Below are positions 1 through 10,007 of a stretch of 64,000 nucleotides of DNA, piece after piece. Within the stretch, counting starts at the first letter, position 1. Every line of letters begins with the position of its first letter. The notes beneath the pieces are model-generated. The model was not told the DNA's origin, ran no database searches, and saw only the letters and a list, made by a program, of their open reading frames with translations. The position numbers were made by a program, and so were the translations under genes. Location of the stretch: the NCBI GenBank assembly GCA_002723035.1, contig PBNH01000021.1, forward strand, positions 1,272-65,271, in the 5' to 3' direction. The DNA is from Rhodobiaceae bacterium (GTDB taxonomy: Bacteria > Pseudomonadota > Alphaproteobacteria > MED-G09).

Positions 1-283
1 TATCAGCTCTTAATGCTTGAGTTAAAAAGGCAACTGCAGGTGTTGGGATTGGACCAAATAGAAAAACATCCATTCCTACAGATGTAAAACCTGATGTTAA
101 GGCTGTTTCAAGCATATATCCAGATACTCTAGTATCTTTTCCTATAACAACCCTATGAATGTGCGGACCCCTTGTGAATACTTTACCAGCAGCAATTCCT
201 AATTTTAAAGCAGTATCAGCTGTTAAATATGATTCATTTACTGTCCCACGAATACCATCGGTACCAAAGAGTTTTTTATCCAA
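1..283 (-). CDS. glmM: Phosphoglucosamine mutase, N-terminal part. The gene runs off the window start; likely TTG start at 283-281.
   Basis: Reverse-complement translation gives [17 protein letters not shown]...[15 protein letters not shown], the classic GlmM/phosphohexomutase N-terminus. An in-frame stop lies just upstream of the TTG. Confidence 0.7.
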   Translation of the reverse strand, partial: MDKKLFGTDGIRGTVNESYLTADTALKLGIAAGKVFTRGPHIHRVVIGKDTRVSGYMLETALTSGFTSVGMDVFLFGPIPTPAVAFLTQALRAD

Positions 284-305
284 TCAATCCCCCAAAAAAG
301 ATTTA

Positions 306-2225
306 TTAAGTACCTTGAAGGCCTGGTTCTGATTTTTGAGCTTTTCTACCTGTTTTCGGGACAGATCCTGATAACGTTTTTGAGCCTTCATCATCATCTG
401 ATGGATTCTCTCTTGTTGGATCAATACCTTTTAAAAGATTAATTATTTCATCACCGGTAAGTGTTTCATAATCAAGTAATCCTCTAGCAATAATATCTAA
501 ATCTTTTCTTTTATCTTTTATTATTTTTTCAGCATTTTTATATGACATATCAACTATTACTTTAACTTCGGAATCAACTTGTTTTTGTGTTTCTTCAGAC
601 ATACTCTGAGTTCTAGCAACGGATCTCCCAAGAAAAACTTCCTCTTCATTATCACCATAAGATAAAAAACCTAATTTTTCAGACATTCCGTACTGCATAA
701 CCATAGCTCTTGCCAAGTCAGTAGCTTGCTTAATATCTGATGATGCACCAGAAGTAACTTTATCATAACCAAACACTTCCTCTTCAGCAATTCTTCCGCC
801 CATTGCCACAGCAAGATTAGCAAACATTTTTTCTCTAGTTATAGAAATTTGATCTCTTTCAGGTAACCTCATCACCATACCTAAGGCGCGTCCTCTAGGT
901 ATAATAGTTGCCTTATGAATTGGATCAGAAGAAGAATAGTTCAAAGAAACCAATGCATGACCGGCTTCATGATAAGCAGTCAAGGTTCTTTCCTCCTCAG
1001 TCATAACCATAGATCTTCTCTCTGGGCCCATCATAACTTTATCTTTTGAGTCTTCGAATTCAGCATTAGAAACAAGTTTTAATCCTCTTCTTGCAGCAAG
1101 TAATGCAGCTTCATTTACAATATTGGCAAGATCAGCTCCCGAAAATCCTGGAGTGCCTCTAGCTATCGCTCTAATATCAACATCTGAAGATATGGGAACT
1201 TTTCGAATATGAACTTTTAATATTTTTTCTCTTCCTATAATATCTGGATTTGGAACTACGACTTGTCTATCAAATCTTCCAGGCCTCAATAATGCTGGGT
1301 CAAGAACATCTGGTCTATTTGTTGCAGCTATCAAAATAATTCCTTCATTAGTTTCAAATCCATCCATTTCAACTAAAAGCTGATTAAGAGTTTGCTCTCT
1401 TTCATCGTTACCACCGCCTAAACCAGCACCTCGGGATCTTCCTACAGCATCAATTTCATCAATAAATATTATGCAAGGAGCATTTTTTTTTGCTTGTTCA
1501 AACATATCCCTGACACGACTAGCACCAACACCAACAAACATTTCAACAAAATCAGAACCAGAAATAGTAAAAAATGGAACATTTGCTTCACCAGCAATAG
1601 CTCTTGCAAGCAGTGTTTTACCTGTACCCGGAGGTCCCACTAATAGAGCTCCCTTTGGTATGCGACCACCTAATCTTTGAAATTTTGAAGGATCTTTTAA
1701 AAATTCAACTATCTCTTGCAAGTCGTCTTTTGCTTCATCAACGCCAGCAACATCTTCGAATGTAACTTTACCGCTTTTTTCACTTAGAAGTTTAGCTTTT
1801 GACTTACCAAAGCCCATAGCTTTTCCGCCGCCACCTTGCATTTGACGCATAAAAAAGATCCACACAGCAATCAATAATAACATTGGGAACCAAGAAATAA
1901 GTATATTTAGAAAAATTGAACCACCTTCTTTTTCTGGTTTAGCTGAAATTGAAACACCTCTATTGTACAATCTATCAATTAAGGTTGGATCAGAAGGGGC
2001 AAAAGTTTTAAAAGATCTTCCATCTGAATAATGTCCAGAAATATTATCTCCAGAAATTTCAACATCTACAATGTTGCCCGCATCGACCTCAGCTAAGAGT
2101 TGAGAAAAAGTAATCTCTGACTGATTTTTTGAGACAACAGGGTTATCAATTAAGTTATACAAACCTAATAAAGAAAATGCCAATATTACCCAAACAATAA
2201 AATTTCTTAAATTTCCGTTATTCAC
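306..2225 (-). CDS. ftsH: ATP-dependent zinc metalloprotease FtsH
   Basis: 639 aa. N-terminal transmembrane segments, Walker [12 protein letters not shown] region, HEAGH zinc motif. Confidence 0.95.
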   Translation of the reverse strand: MNNGNLRNFIVWVILAFSLLGLYNLIDNPVVSKNQSEITFSQLLAEVDAGNIVDVEISGDNISGHYSDGRSFKTFAPSDPTLIDRLYNRGVSISAKPEKEGGSIFLNILISWFPMLLLIAVWIFFMRQMQGGGGKAMGFGKSKAKLLSEKSGKVTFEDVAGVDEAKDDLQEIVEFLKDPSKFQRLGGRIPKGALLVGPPGTGKTLLARAIAGEANVPFFTISGSDFVEMFVGVGASRVRDMFEQAKKNAPCIIFIDEIDAVGRSRGAGLGGGNDEREQTLNQLLVEMDGFETNEGIILIAATNRPDVLDPALLRPGRFDRQVVVPNPDIIGREKILKVHIRKVPISSDVDIRAIARGTPGFSGADLANIVNEAALLAARRGLKLVSNAEFEDSKDKVMMGPERRSMVMTEEERTLTAYHEAGHALVSLNYSSSDPIHKATIIPRGRALGMVMRLPERDQISITREKMFANLAVAMGGRIAEEEVFGYDKVTSGASSDIKQATDLARAMVMQYGMSEKLGFLSYGDNEEEVFLGRSVARTQSMSEETQKQVDSEVKVIVDMSYKNAEKIIKDKRKDLDIIARGLLDYETLTGDEIINLLKGIDPTRENPSDDDEGSKTLSGSVPKTGRKAQKSEPGLQGT

Positions 2226-2313
2226 TTTTTACCTTCTTTCTAAATAATTAATTAATTATGACCTTATATAAATAGTTATTAAATAATGAATTACTAGTGC
2301 ATTTATATATTTT

Positions 2314-3600
2314 TTATATAATTTTATTAGATTTTATATAAATTTTTAAATCTTTTCTTTTACAATAACCCAAAGATGGCACTGAAATAAGTCTTTTTTT
2401 TGACCAAACTGCTGGAACAGTTTTCCATGCTGAAAGAGGAACATTTTGAAACCCTTGTCGTTTTAGTACTCTTTCTTCCTTAAGTATTGTTATCCCAATA
2501 TCACCAAGAGCTCTTATTTGGAGATTATTAGATTTATTAGCTTTCAAAAAAAATCTACCATCCCAACAACTGTATCTTGAAGTCATAGGTCTAATATTAA
2601 CTGATTTATAGCAGTCCTCTGGCTCTCTATAAAAAATAAATTCACTTTTTCTTTTTCTAACAACCACACCGGTTAAAGTTTTGGCTATACCATTATTGTC
2701 TTCTATAATCCAAGATAAAATATTTTCAAGTTTATTCCTCCTTGGAGGATAAATAGATCCGGCAATATGCATAAAAATTTTTTCTAAAACCCTCAGTAAT
2801 ATCTCTTTTTCTGTTGATTCTTTCAATAAATTTTTATCTAAAAAATATGCCACATTATCAACATTTGATAAGTATTTTTCTAATAAAATTCTAGTTTGAT
2901 TATTTAAAGCATCCTTTGCAGCTCGCATCCTTTTTATAACTAAACCAATTTGTTTGGAATTAATTCCCTCCTCAGATAAAATTGGTAAAATTTTTCTAAT
3001 TCTTGATCTTTTATAATTTATGCTAAAATTAGTTGGGTCCGAAATCCATTTAAGTTTCGAAATATCTAGTATTTTTATCAGGCTGCTCTTTGGTATTTCT
3101 AAAAAAGGTCTAACTAATTTAAGTGAGAATTTTTCTGTAACAAAATTCATAACAGCAAGGCCATCAACACCAGACCCCTTGCCAAGGCGCATAAAAAAAG
3201 TTTCAGATTGATCATCAAGATGATGGGCAAGAAAAAGCTTTTCGATTCCTTTTTTTTTGCACCAAGAAGTTATTAAATTATATCTTGTTTTTCTTGATAC
3301 TTCTTGAATACGAGTTTTTGGTTTAACACCATCCCATTTTAGAATTTTAGACTTAAAGCCTAATAGTTTTGCATTTTGAGAAACAATTTTTGCTTCATTT
3401 TTTGACTCTTTTCTTAGACCATGATCAACCACAATAACTGTAATATTTCTATTATTTATTTTTTTTGAAAAAGCTGCTATTTGCATCATTGCAGTTGAGT
3501 CCGGACCACCTGAAACAGCAAGAGCAATAGGTTTACCATCTATATATTTATTAAAAAGTTTTACCTCTGGTAAATCTTTCATTGATTTTTTATTTTTCAT
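2314..3600 (-). CDS. tilS: tRNA(Ile)-lysidine synthetase
   Basis: 428 aa. N-terminal PP-loop motif SGGPDS, typical TilS length and architecture. Confidence 0.85.
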   Translation of the reverse strand: MKNKKSMKDLPEVKLFNKYIDGKPIALAVSGGPDSTAMMQIAAFSKKINNRNITVIVVDHGLRKESKNEAKIVSQNAKLLGFKSKILKWDGVKPKTRIQEVSRKTRYNLITSWCKKKGIEKLFLAHHLDDQSETFFMRLGKGSGVDGLAVMNFVTEKFSLKLVRPFLEIPKSSLIKILDISKLKWISDPTNFSINYKRSRIRKILPILSEEGINSKQIGLVIKRMRAAKDALNNQTRILLEKYLSNVDNVAYFLDKNLLKESTEKEILLRVLEKIFMHIAGSIYPPRRNKLENILSWIIEDNNGIAKTLTGVVVRKRKSEFIFYREPEDCYKSVNIRPMTSRYSCWDGRFFLKANKSNNLQIRALGDIGITILKEERVLKRQGFQNVPLSAWKTVPAVWSKKRLISVPSLGYCKRKDLKIYIKSNKII

Positions 3601-3615
3601 AACATTATTTTAAGG

Positions 3616-4134
3616 TTATATTTTTTTTTGAAAGTTAATTCCCTTGGACCTATTTCTTATTTTACTAATATTGTAATCATTCCAAAAACTCTCATGAGAT
3701 GTAAAATTCCATCCCTTCGAATAACAGATAAAATTTTTAACTCTAAATTTTTCTCGCCTTTGATAAGCAACATACTCACCAATATTATTAAATTTCATAA
3801 AAATAATATTCAAGTCGTTTTCATCAGCCGTTGCTATAGTTTCATCAATCCAGCTATCTAAGACTTTAGATTCATTTAATAGTAAATGAAATTTAAAATC
3901 TTTATAAAATTTACACTCACAATTGAAATAAATCCAATCATCGGGAGGGATAATATCGCCTTTAAAAGCCATTATCTGACCTTGAGACATTGAATACCTT
4001 CTGTCATAATTTTGCCCACCTAAAAAGGCACCGGATGTTGGCACTCTAATAAATTTTTCACCAAAAATTTCTGTTAAAAATTTTGCTTTTGCGTTTTCAA
4101 ATGACTTTCCTTTGACTTTTTGTGGTGAAGGCAT
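3616..4134 (-). CDS. Hypothetical protein (172 aa), no family recognised
   Basis: Clean ORF packed between tilS and yebC on the same strand. Acidic clusters present (PPDDW, DETIATADEND). Confidence 0.5.
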   Translation of the reverse strand: MPSPQKVKGKSFENAKAKFLTEIFGEKFIRVPTSGAFLGGQNYDRRYSMSQGQIMAFKGDIIPPDDWIYFNCECKFYKDFKFHLLLNESKVLDSWIDETIATADENDLNIIFMKFNNIGEYVAYQRREKFRVKNFICYSKGWNFTSHESFWNDYNISKIRNRSKGINFQKKI

Positions 4135-4148
4135 TTTAAAAAATTTTC

Positions 4149-4892
4149 CTATTGTAATTCATTAAAAACCTCATCAGGTAAATCAAAATTAGCAAAAACT
4201 TCTTGAACATCTTCATGATCCTCTAAAACTTCAATCATCTCTATTATTTTAAGGGCTTTTTCTTTATTTAACGGTATTTGACTCGATGGTTTCCAGGTCA
4301 ACTGAGAGGTAATATCGTAACCAAGAATGTTTTCGATATTTTCTGAAACCTGATGTAAGTCATCAGTTGAACAAGATATTTCATAATTGTCTTCTATTAA
4401 ATCACAGTCAAGAGCTCCTGCATCAGTGGCAATCTCGAAAATATCATCAAAATTACCGGCTGATTTTGGAAATTTTACTATACCTAAATGATTAAACATG
4501 AAACTTACGGAACCAGTCTCCCCCAAATTACCTCCATGTTTTGAAAAAACTGATCTAATATCTCCTGCTGTCCTATTTCTATTATCTGTTAATGTTTCTA
4601 CTATTACTCCAATACCTTCAATGCCAAAGCCTTCATAACGAACAGATTCATAATTCTCACCATTCTCATCGTAGCTTTTTTTTATAGCCCTTTCTATATT
4701 GTCTTTTGGCATATTTTGAGATTTACCAAGAGCAATTGCAGAACGTAATCTTGGATTTGCATTTGGATCAGGTAAACCTAACTTAGCTGCAACAGTAATT
4801 TCTTTAGAAATTTTCGCAAAAATTTTAGCTCTCTTTTTATCTTGAGCCCCTTTTCTAAATTGTATGTTTTTAAATTTGGAATGTCCTGCCAT
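4149..4892 (-). CDS. yebC: YebC/PmpR-family DNA-binding transcriptional regulator
   Basis: 247 aa. N-terminus MAGHSKFKNIQFRKGAQDKKRAKIFAK is diagnostic for the YebC/TACO1 family. Confidence 0.9.
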   Translation of the reverse strand: MAGHSKFKNIQFRKGAQDKKRAKIFAKISKEITVAAKLGLPDPNANPRLRSAIALGKSQNMPKDNIERAIKKSYDENGENYESVRYEGFGIEGIGVIVETLTDNRNRTAGDIRSVFSKHGGNLGETGSVSFMFNHLGIVKFPKSAGNFDDIFEIATDAGALDCDLIEDNYEISCSTDDLHQVSENIENILGYDITSQLTWKPSSQIPLNKEKALKIIEMIEVLEDHEDVQEVFANFDLPDEVFNELQ

Positions 4893-4926
4893 TTTGTAAA
4901 CTCTTTTTAATTCTATCTTTAATTAA

Positions 4927-5733
4927 TTATTGTTTCATTGTTTGAGACAGAATACCTCCAATTCTAAACGGTTCAATTGATTCACTCAACCCATCACTTG
5001 AAGTTTCAATAATTACCCCGCAAAGAGTTGGATCACCTTGCGCAGGATTAAATCTTCCCCCAGGTGTTTTTTCAACAAACCTTCTTATAGGTTCAGTTTT
5101 TTCCATACCTATAACTGAGTCATAATCACCGCACATTCCTGCGTCAGTTTGATAAGCGGTTCCGTATGGTAAAATTTGATAATCAGCAGTAGGAATATGA
5201 GTATGGGTTCCTATAACTAAACTAACCTTTCCATCACAAAAATGACCCATAGCGGTTTTTTCAGAGGTAGTTTCTGCATGTATATCAATAATTATAGCCT
5301 CACAATTTTCACCCAAATGATTTTCAGATAGTACTTTCTCTATAGCTGAGAAAGGATCGTCTAATGACTCCATAAATAGCCTTCCCATAACATTTACAAC
5401 AAGGATGCGACCAAATTGATTATTATAAATATTTAATCCTTTACCAGGTGTTTCACTTGGAAAATTAATAGGTCGTAACAGTCTGTTTTCATTATCAATA
5501 TACTTTAACAGCTCTCTCTGATCCCAAACATGATTACCCGTTGTGATACAATCAACCCCTGAGGAAAAAAGTTTTTCACAAATATCTTCTGTTATTCCAA
5601 ATCCACCAGCAGCATTTTCACCATTAACAATTACAAAATCCAAAAAATAATCTCTTCTAATATCAGGCATTTTTTTTATAACCGAGTCTCTAGCTGATCT
5701 GCCAACAATATCGCCTAAAAATAATATTCTCAA
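4927..5733 (-). CDS. YmdB-like metallophosphoesterase (2',3'-cyclic-nucleotide phosphodiesterase family, TIGR00282-like)
   Basis: 268 aa. MRILFLGDIVG...VNGENAAGGFGIT...GNHVWD metallophosphoesterase motifs. Confidence 0.8.
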   Translation of the reverse strand: MRILFLGDIVGRSARDSVIKKMPDIRRDYFLDFVIVNGENAAGGFGITEDICEKLFSSGVDCITTGNHVWDQRELLKYIDNENRLLRPINFPSETPGKGLNIYNNQFGRILVVNVMGRLFMESLDDPFSAIEKVLSENHLGENCEAIIIDIHAETTSEKTAMGHFCDGKVSLVIGTHTHIPTADYQILPYGTAYQTDAGMCGDYDSVIGMEKTEPIRRFVEKTPGGRFNPAQGDPTLCGVIIETSSDGLSESIEPFRIGGILSQTMKQ

Positions 5734-5735
5734 TT

Positions 5736-6308
5736 TTAGTTCCTTTCAAAACTTAAAAAGTTTTTTTCTGTAATTACTCCGTCAATCAAAAAATCATGCT
5801 CCTCTCTAATAAGCGTGTCTGTCCTTTGATTGGAAAAAGCCAACCCATATTTATAACTTAATTCATAAAATGGAAGACTTCTATCATAAATACCTTGACC
5901 CATGCCAAGTCTAGTACCATTTAAGTCAAAACATAACAATGGAATTATAATAACATCGGGTACTACAATTTTTTTTGATGATGGTGATAAAATACCTAAT
6001 GTATCTTTTTTTAATTGGTCAACGAAATTCCACTCTCGAAATTCTAATATTTTATTTTTATTAGTATAAGGGAGAGCTATTTTTGATCCCTCTCTTGATG
6101 CAAAATTTAACAAACTTAAACAATTCGCTTCATAATTTATTGGATTATAGCCAGCAATTATTTTGTTCTTAAAAGTACCAACAGCTTTTTTAAAATTTTT
6201 TATGAAAGATTTTTCACAATCGTCACAAGAATTAAGATAAATATTTTTTCTTCTTTCTTTCCATAATGCTCTCAGTCTATGTTTTTCTCTGAATGGATCT
6301 TCTGGCAT
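5736..6308 (-). CDS. 5-formyltetrahydrofolate cyclo-ligase family protein
   Basis: 190 aa. C-terminal GMGQGIYDR motif typical of the MTHFS/YgfA family. Sits directly downstream of zapA, as in many bacteria. Confidence 0.75.
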   Translation of the reverse strand: MPEDPFREKHRLRALWKERRKNIYLNSCDDCEKSFIKNFKKAVGTFKNKIIAGYNPINYEANCLSLLNFASREGSKIALPYTNKNKILEFREWNFVDQLKKDTLGILSPSSKKIVVPDVIIIPLLCFDLNGTRLGMGQGIYDRSLPFYELSYKYGLAFSNQRTDTLIREEHDFLIDGVITEKNFLSFERN

Positions 6309-6335
6309 ATAATAGCTTTATTATTAGTACTTGAA

Positions 6336-6614
6336 TTATTTATCAATATTACTTTCTATTTTTTTTGTTATTCCTTTTAAAACTTTTGTCATTTCGTCAA
6401 TACTAAGATAGTCATTAAGCTCTTTATTTTCTTCTTCAGCTAAAATACCTGCCAACAAAAAAAGTCTTTGCTGATCAAGTTCTCCAACTCTATCTTTTAT
6501 ACTATTAACTCTACTAGCAAATTTTAAAGCAAGATTTTTGACCTTATCCTCATCACCATCAGTACAAGCAATTAAGAATTCTCTATTATTGATTTCAATA
6601 GATATATTTCCCAT
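6336..6614 (-). CDS. zapA: Cell division protein ZapA
   Basis: 92 aa. Length, coiled-coil C-terminus and conserved zapA/5-FCL neighbourhood. Confidence 0.75.
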   Translation of the reverse strand: MGNISIEINNREFLIACTDGDEDKVKNLALKFASRVNSIKDRVGELDQQRLFLLAGILAEEENKELNDYLSIDEMTKVLKGITKKIESNIDK

Positions 6615-6622
6615 TTCATGCC

Positions 6623-6838
6623 TTAATTATTTTTAACATAATAAATTAACGACTCAATTTCTTTTTTAGCTTCTCTATTGGTATTTTCAATCATTAATAA
6701 TTTTTTTGAAAGGTCTTCTGTAAGTTGATTAGCTTTTTCTAATTCTGCTGATTTTTCAATATAAAGATCCAATAACTCAGATATTCTTGTATCAGCTTCG
6801 TTAATATAATTTTTTAAATTTTCAAAAGTTTTATTCAT
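6623..6838 (-). CDS. Small coiled-coil protein immediately upstream of zapA (ZauP/ZapB-like?)
   Basis: 71 aa, almost entirely heptad-like charged coiled coil. 8-nt gap to zapA. Confidence 0.45.
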   Translation of the reverse strand: MNKTFENLKNYINEADTRISELLDLYIEKSAELEKANQLTEDLSKKLLMIENTNREAKKEIESLIYYVKNN

Positions 6839-6993
6839 AGAATTTCATAATTACATCAATATTAAATTGGTTCAATAGTATATTAAAAAAATGAATAATT
6901 TAAGATTAAGATTGACGTTTCAGAATTAGTTCTTCAAATTATATTATATATATTATTTCATAAAAATTAATCATATGACTCAGAGAAAAAAAA

Positions 6994-8976
6994 ATGGAAA
7001 ATAGCGATGTTAGTCAAAAAAAGATGGCTGATGCAGTAAGGTTTCTTGCAGTTGATGCTGTTAAAAATGCAAAATGTGGCCACCCAGGAATGCCAATGGG
7101 TGCAGCAGATTTTGCAACTGTTTTATTTTCTAAATTTTTGAAAATTGACCCTAAAGTTCCTGATTGGCAAGATAGGGATAGACTTGTTTTATCCGCAGGT
7201 CACGGTTCAATGTTATTGTATGCAATACACCATTTAATTGGCTATAAAGATATGACGCTCGATCAGATTAAAAACTTTAGACAATTAAACTCTGTAACAC
7301 CTGGACATCCTGAATATGGTCATACTCTTGGAATTGAAACAACTACAGGACCTCTAGGTCAAGGGATTTCAACAGCAGTTGGTATGGCTCTTGCAGAGAG
7401 GATTCTTAACTCTCGTTTTGGAGATGAAATAGTTGATCATAATACTTACGTTATAGCTTCTGATGGGGATTTAATGGAGGGCATAAGCCATGAGGCTATT
7501 GGTTTGGCTGGTCATCTGGGATTATCTAAACTTATCGTACTTTATGATAGCAATAACATTTCAATTGATGGGTCCCTAGATTTATCAGACTCAACTAATC
7601 AAAGTAAAAGATTTGAAGCATCTGGATGGAGTACCAGAGAAATAGATGGTCATGACCATGCTCAAATCGAAGAGGCTATTACCCAAGAATTAGAAACAGA
7701 CACCCCGTCTTTAATTGTATGTAAAACAACAATTGGTTATGGATCACCGGATAAGGCAGGAACGTCCGCTTCACATGGAGCACCTCTCAATCAAGAGGAA
7801 ATTGATAATATGAGAAATAATCTTCAATGGACCCATGATCCCTTTGAAATACCTACTGATCTTAAAGATGCCTGGAGACTTGTAGGACTAAAAAATACTA
7901 GCAACAGAAAAGAATGGGAAGAGAGGTTATCAAAAATTGATGATAAAAAGAAAGTTAAATTTCTTCATGCAATTAATGGTGATATTTCTGATTTACTTAG
8001 CAAGAGCATACAAGACTTAAAAGAGAAATATTCTGCTGAGAGTCCAAAACTTGCAACAAGGCAATCATCTCAACAAGTTTTAGAAATTATTAATCCAATT
8101 ATTGAAGAAATGATTGGTGGTTCCGCAGATCTTACGCCATCAAATAATACAAAAACTAAAGATATAAATCCAATTTCAAGGAACGACTTCAATGGTAGAT
8201 TTATTCATTATGGAATTAGAGAGCATGGAATGGCTGCTGCCATGAATGGTATGGCGCTTCATAAAGGAATAATTCCTTACTCCGGAACATTTTTAATTTT
8301 TTCTGATTATTGCAGACCGTCAATAAGACTCGCAGCTCTAATGGGCATAAAAGTTATCCATGTTATGACGCACGACTCTATAGGTGTGGGTGAAGATGGT
8401 CCTACACATCAACCAGTTGAGCAAATTCCAAGTCTTAGATCTATTCCTAATTTAAATGTTTTTAGACCTGGGGATGCCACTGAAGTTGCTGAATGTTGGG
8501 AAATTGCTATTAAATCAAATCAACCAACAGTAATTGCTTTAAGTAGACAAGGATGCGAACATTTCAGAGATACATATGAAAGCTCAAATAAATGTGAATT
8601 AGGCGGTTATGAAATTGGTTCAGTATCAAAAAAGCCTGATGTTTGTATAATTTCAACAGGAAGTGAAGTTTCTATTGCTTTAGATGTGAAAAAAGAATTG
8701 GAGAAGGAGGGAACAGTTTGCAAAGTTGTCTCAATGCCAAGTTTTGAATTATTTGATAAACAATCAGATGATTATAAAAAAACACTTTTAGAAACCAATG
8801 GAATCCGTATAGGAATCGAAGCATCAGTAGGTACAGGATGGGAGAAATATCTTGGGGATAAGGGTTTTTTCATTGGAATGAGAGGTTTTGGTGCAAGCGC
8901 TCCTGCCTCTGATTTGTATGAATATTTTGAGATTAATAAAGAAAATGTTCTTAGAGTTATTAAAGAAAATTTATAA
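6994..8976 (+). CDS. tkt: Transketolase
   Basis: 660 aa. TPP-binding GHPGMPMG and GDG motifs, full-length transketolase. Confidence 0.95.
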   Translation: MENSDVSQKKMADAVRFLAVDAVKNAKCGHPGMPMGAADFATVLFSKFLKIDPKVPDWQDRDRLVLSAGHGSMLLYAIHHLIGYKDMTLDQIKNFRQLNSVTPGHPEYGHTLGIETTTGPLGQGISTAVGMALAERILNSRFGDEIVDHNTYVIASDGDLMEGISHEAIGLAGHLGLSKLIVLYDSNNISIDGSLDLSDSTNQSKRFEASGWSTREIDGHDHAQIEEAITQELETDTPSLIVCKTTIGYGSPDKAGTSASHGAPLNQEEIDNMRNNLQWTHDPFEIPTDLKDAWRLVGLKNTSNRKEWEERLSKIDDKKKVKFLHAINGDISDLLSKSIQDLKEKYSAESPKLATRQSSQQVLEIINPIIEEMIGGSADLTPSNNTKTKDINPISRNDFNGRFIHYGIREHGMAAAMNGMALHKGIIPYSGTFLIFSDYCRPSIRLAALMGIKVIHVMTHDSIGVGEDGPTHQPVEQIPSLRSIPNLNVFRPGDATEVAECWEIAIKSNQPTVIALSRQGCEHFRDTYESSNKCELGGYEIGSVSKKPDVCIISTGSEVSIALDVKKELEKEGTVCKVVSMPSFELFDKQSDDYKKTLLETNGIRIGIEASVGTGWEKYLGDKGFFIGMRGFGASAPASDLYEYFEINKENVLRVIKENL

Positions 8977-8991
8977 ATAATAGGGGAGAAA

Positions 8992-9999
8992 ATGGTTACT
9001 AAAGTTGCAATAAATGGTTTTGGAAGGATTGGACGCTTAACCCTGAGGGCAATAGTTGAGTCAAAAAGAAAAGATATTTCGGTAGTTGCGATTAATGATT
9101 TAGGAACACCAGATTTTAATGCTCATTTACTTCAATATGATTCAATTCATGGAAAATTTCCTTATAAAGTTAAAAGTACAAAAACCTCAATAAATGCCGG
9201 ACTTGGTCCTATTAAAATTTACTCAAAGAGAAACCCTGAAGATCTTCCATGGGGAAAATTGGATGTTGATATTGTAATGGAATGTACAGGAATTTTCACT
9301 GATAAAGCTAAAGCATCGATGCATTTAAAAGCTGGTGCTAAAAGAGTACTTATAAGCGCTCCATCAAAAGACGCCGATATTACCGTGGTATATGGAGTAA
9401 ATCATAAAAAAATAAGAAAAAGTCATAAAGTGGTCTCAAACGCCTCCTGTACAACAAACTGTCTTGCCCCAGTGGCAATGGTTTTGGATAAACTTTGCGG
9501 TATTAACCAAGGTTATATGACGACTGTTCATGCTTTCACAGGTGACCAGGCTATACTTGATACTCTTCATTCTGATAAAAGAAGAGCTAGATCTGCATCA
9601 CAGTCAATAATTCCAACATCTACAGGAGCTGCAAAAGCTGTTGGCCTTGTATTACCCAAGCTATTAGGTAAATTAGATGGAACGGCTGTAAGAGTGCCAA
9701 CCCCAAATGTATCAATGATTGATTTGGTTTTTAATTCTAAGAAAAAAGTTACTGTAGATCAAATAAACAATGCTATGAAAAAAATTTCCTCTGGAGCATT
9801 AAAAGGTGTACTAAATGTCTCTGAAGAACCTCTAGTATCAATTGACTATAATCATAATCCTGCTAGCTCAACATTTGATCTAACACAAACTGAGGTAATT
9901 GGTGGAAGATTGGGAAGAGTTCTAAGTTGGTATGATAATGAATGGGGATTTGCAAATAGAATGAGTGACACCGCGTCAGTGATTGGTAAACTTATTTAA
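8992..9999 (+). CDS. gap: Glyceraldehyde-3-phosphate dehydrogenase
   Basis: 335 aa. INGFGRIGR NAD-binding N-terminus, catalytic SCTTNCLAP. Confidence 0.95.
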   Translation: MVTKVAINGFGRIGRLTLRAIVESKRKDISVVAINDLGTPDFNAHLLQYDSIHGKFPYKVKSTKTSINAGLGPIKIYSKRNPEDLPWGKLDVDIVMECTGIFTDKAKASMHLKAGAKRVLISAPSKDADITVVYGVNHKKIRKSHKVVSNASCTTNCLAPVAMVLDKLCGINQGYMTTVHAFTGDQAILDTLHSDKRRARSASQSIIPTSTGAAKAVGLVLPKLLGKLDGTAVRVPTPNVSMIDLVFNSKKKVTVDQINNAMKKISSGALKGVLNVSEEPLVSIDYNHNPASSTFDLTQTEVIGGRLGRVLSWYDNEWGFANRMSDTASVIGKLI

Positions 10000-10007
10000 A
10001 ATAAATA

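Noticed and set aside
1471-1680. Short ORFs antisense to or inside ftsH, tilS, pgk, fba, suhB, pntB, pyk, gltB, fadJ etc. (1471..1680, 3020..3211, 3628..3861, 10709..10936, 11401..11640, 13287..13565, 13968..14156, 14817..15023, 15126..15311, 18312..18500, 19683..19895, 21675..21932, 32386..32589, 34730..35029, 38224..38406, 47429..48131, 51702..51923, 52275..52478, 53889..55807, 59084..59272, 59703..59918, 62121..62728, 63667..63888)
   Set aside because: Each overlaps a strongly supported conserved gene on the other strand or frame, has no recognisable family, and arises from AT-rich codon bias. Treated as spurious.
6309-6335. Looked for a 6S RNA (ssrS) gene between zapA and the 5-formyl-THF cycloligase gene
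   Set aside because: The gap is only 27 nt, far too short for an RNA of about 180 nt.
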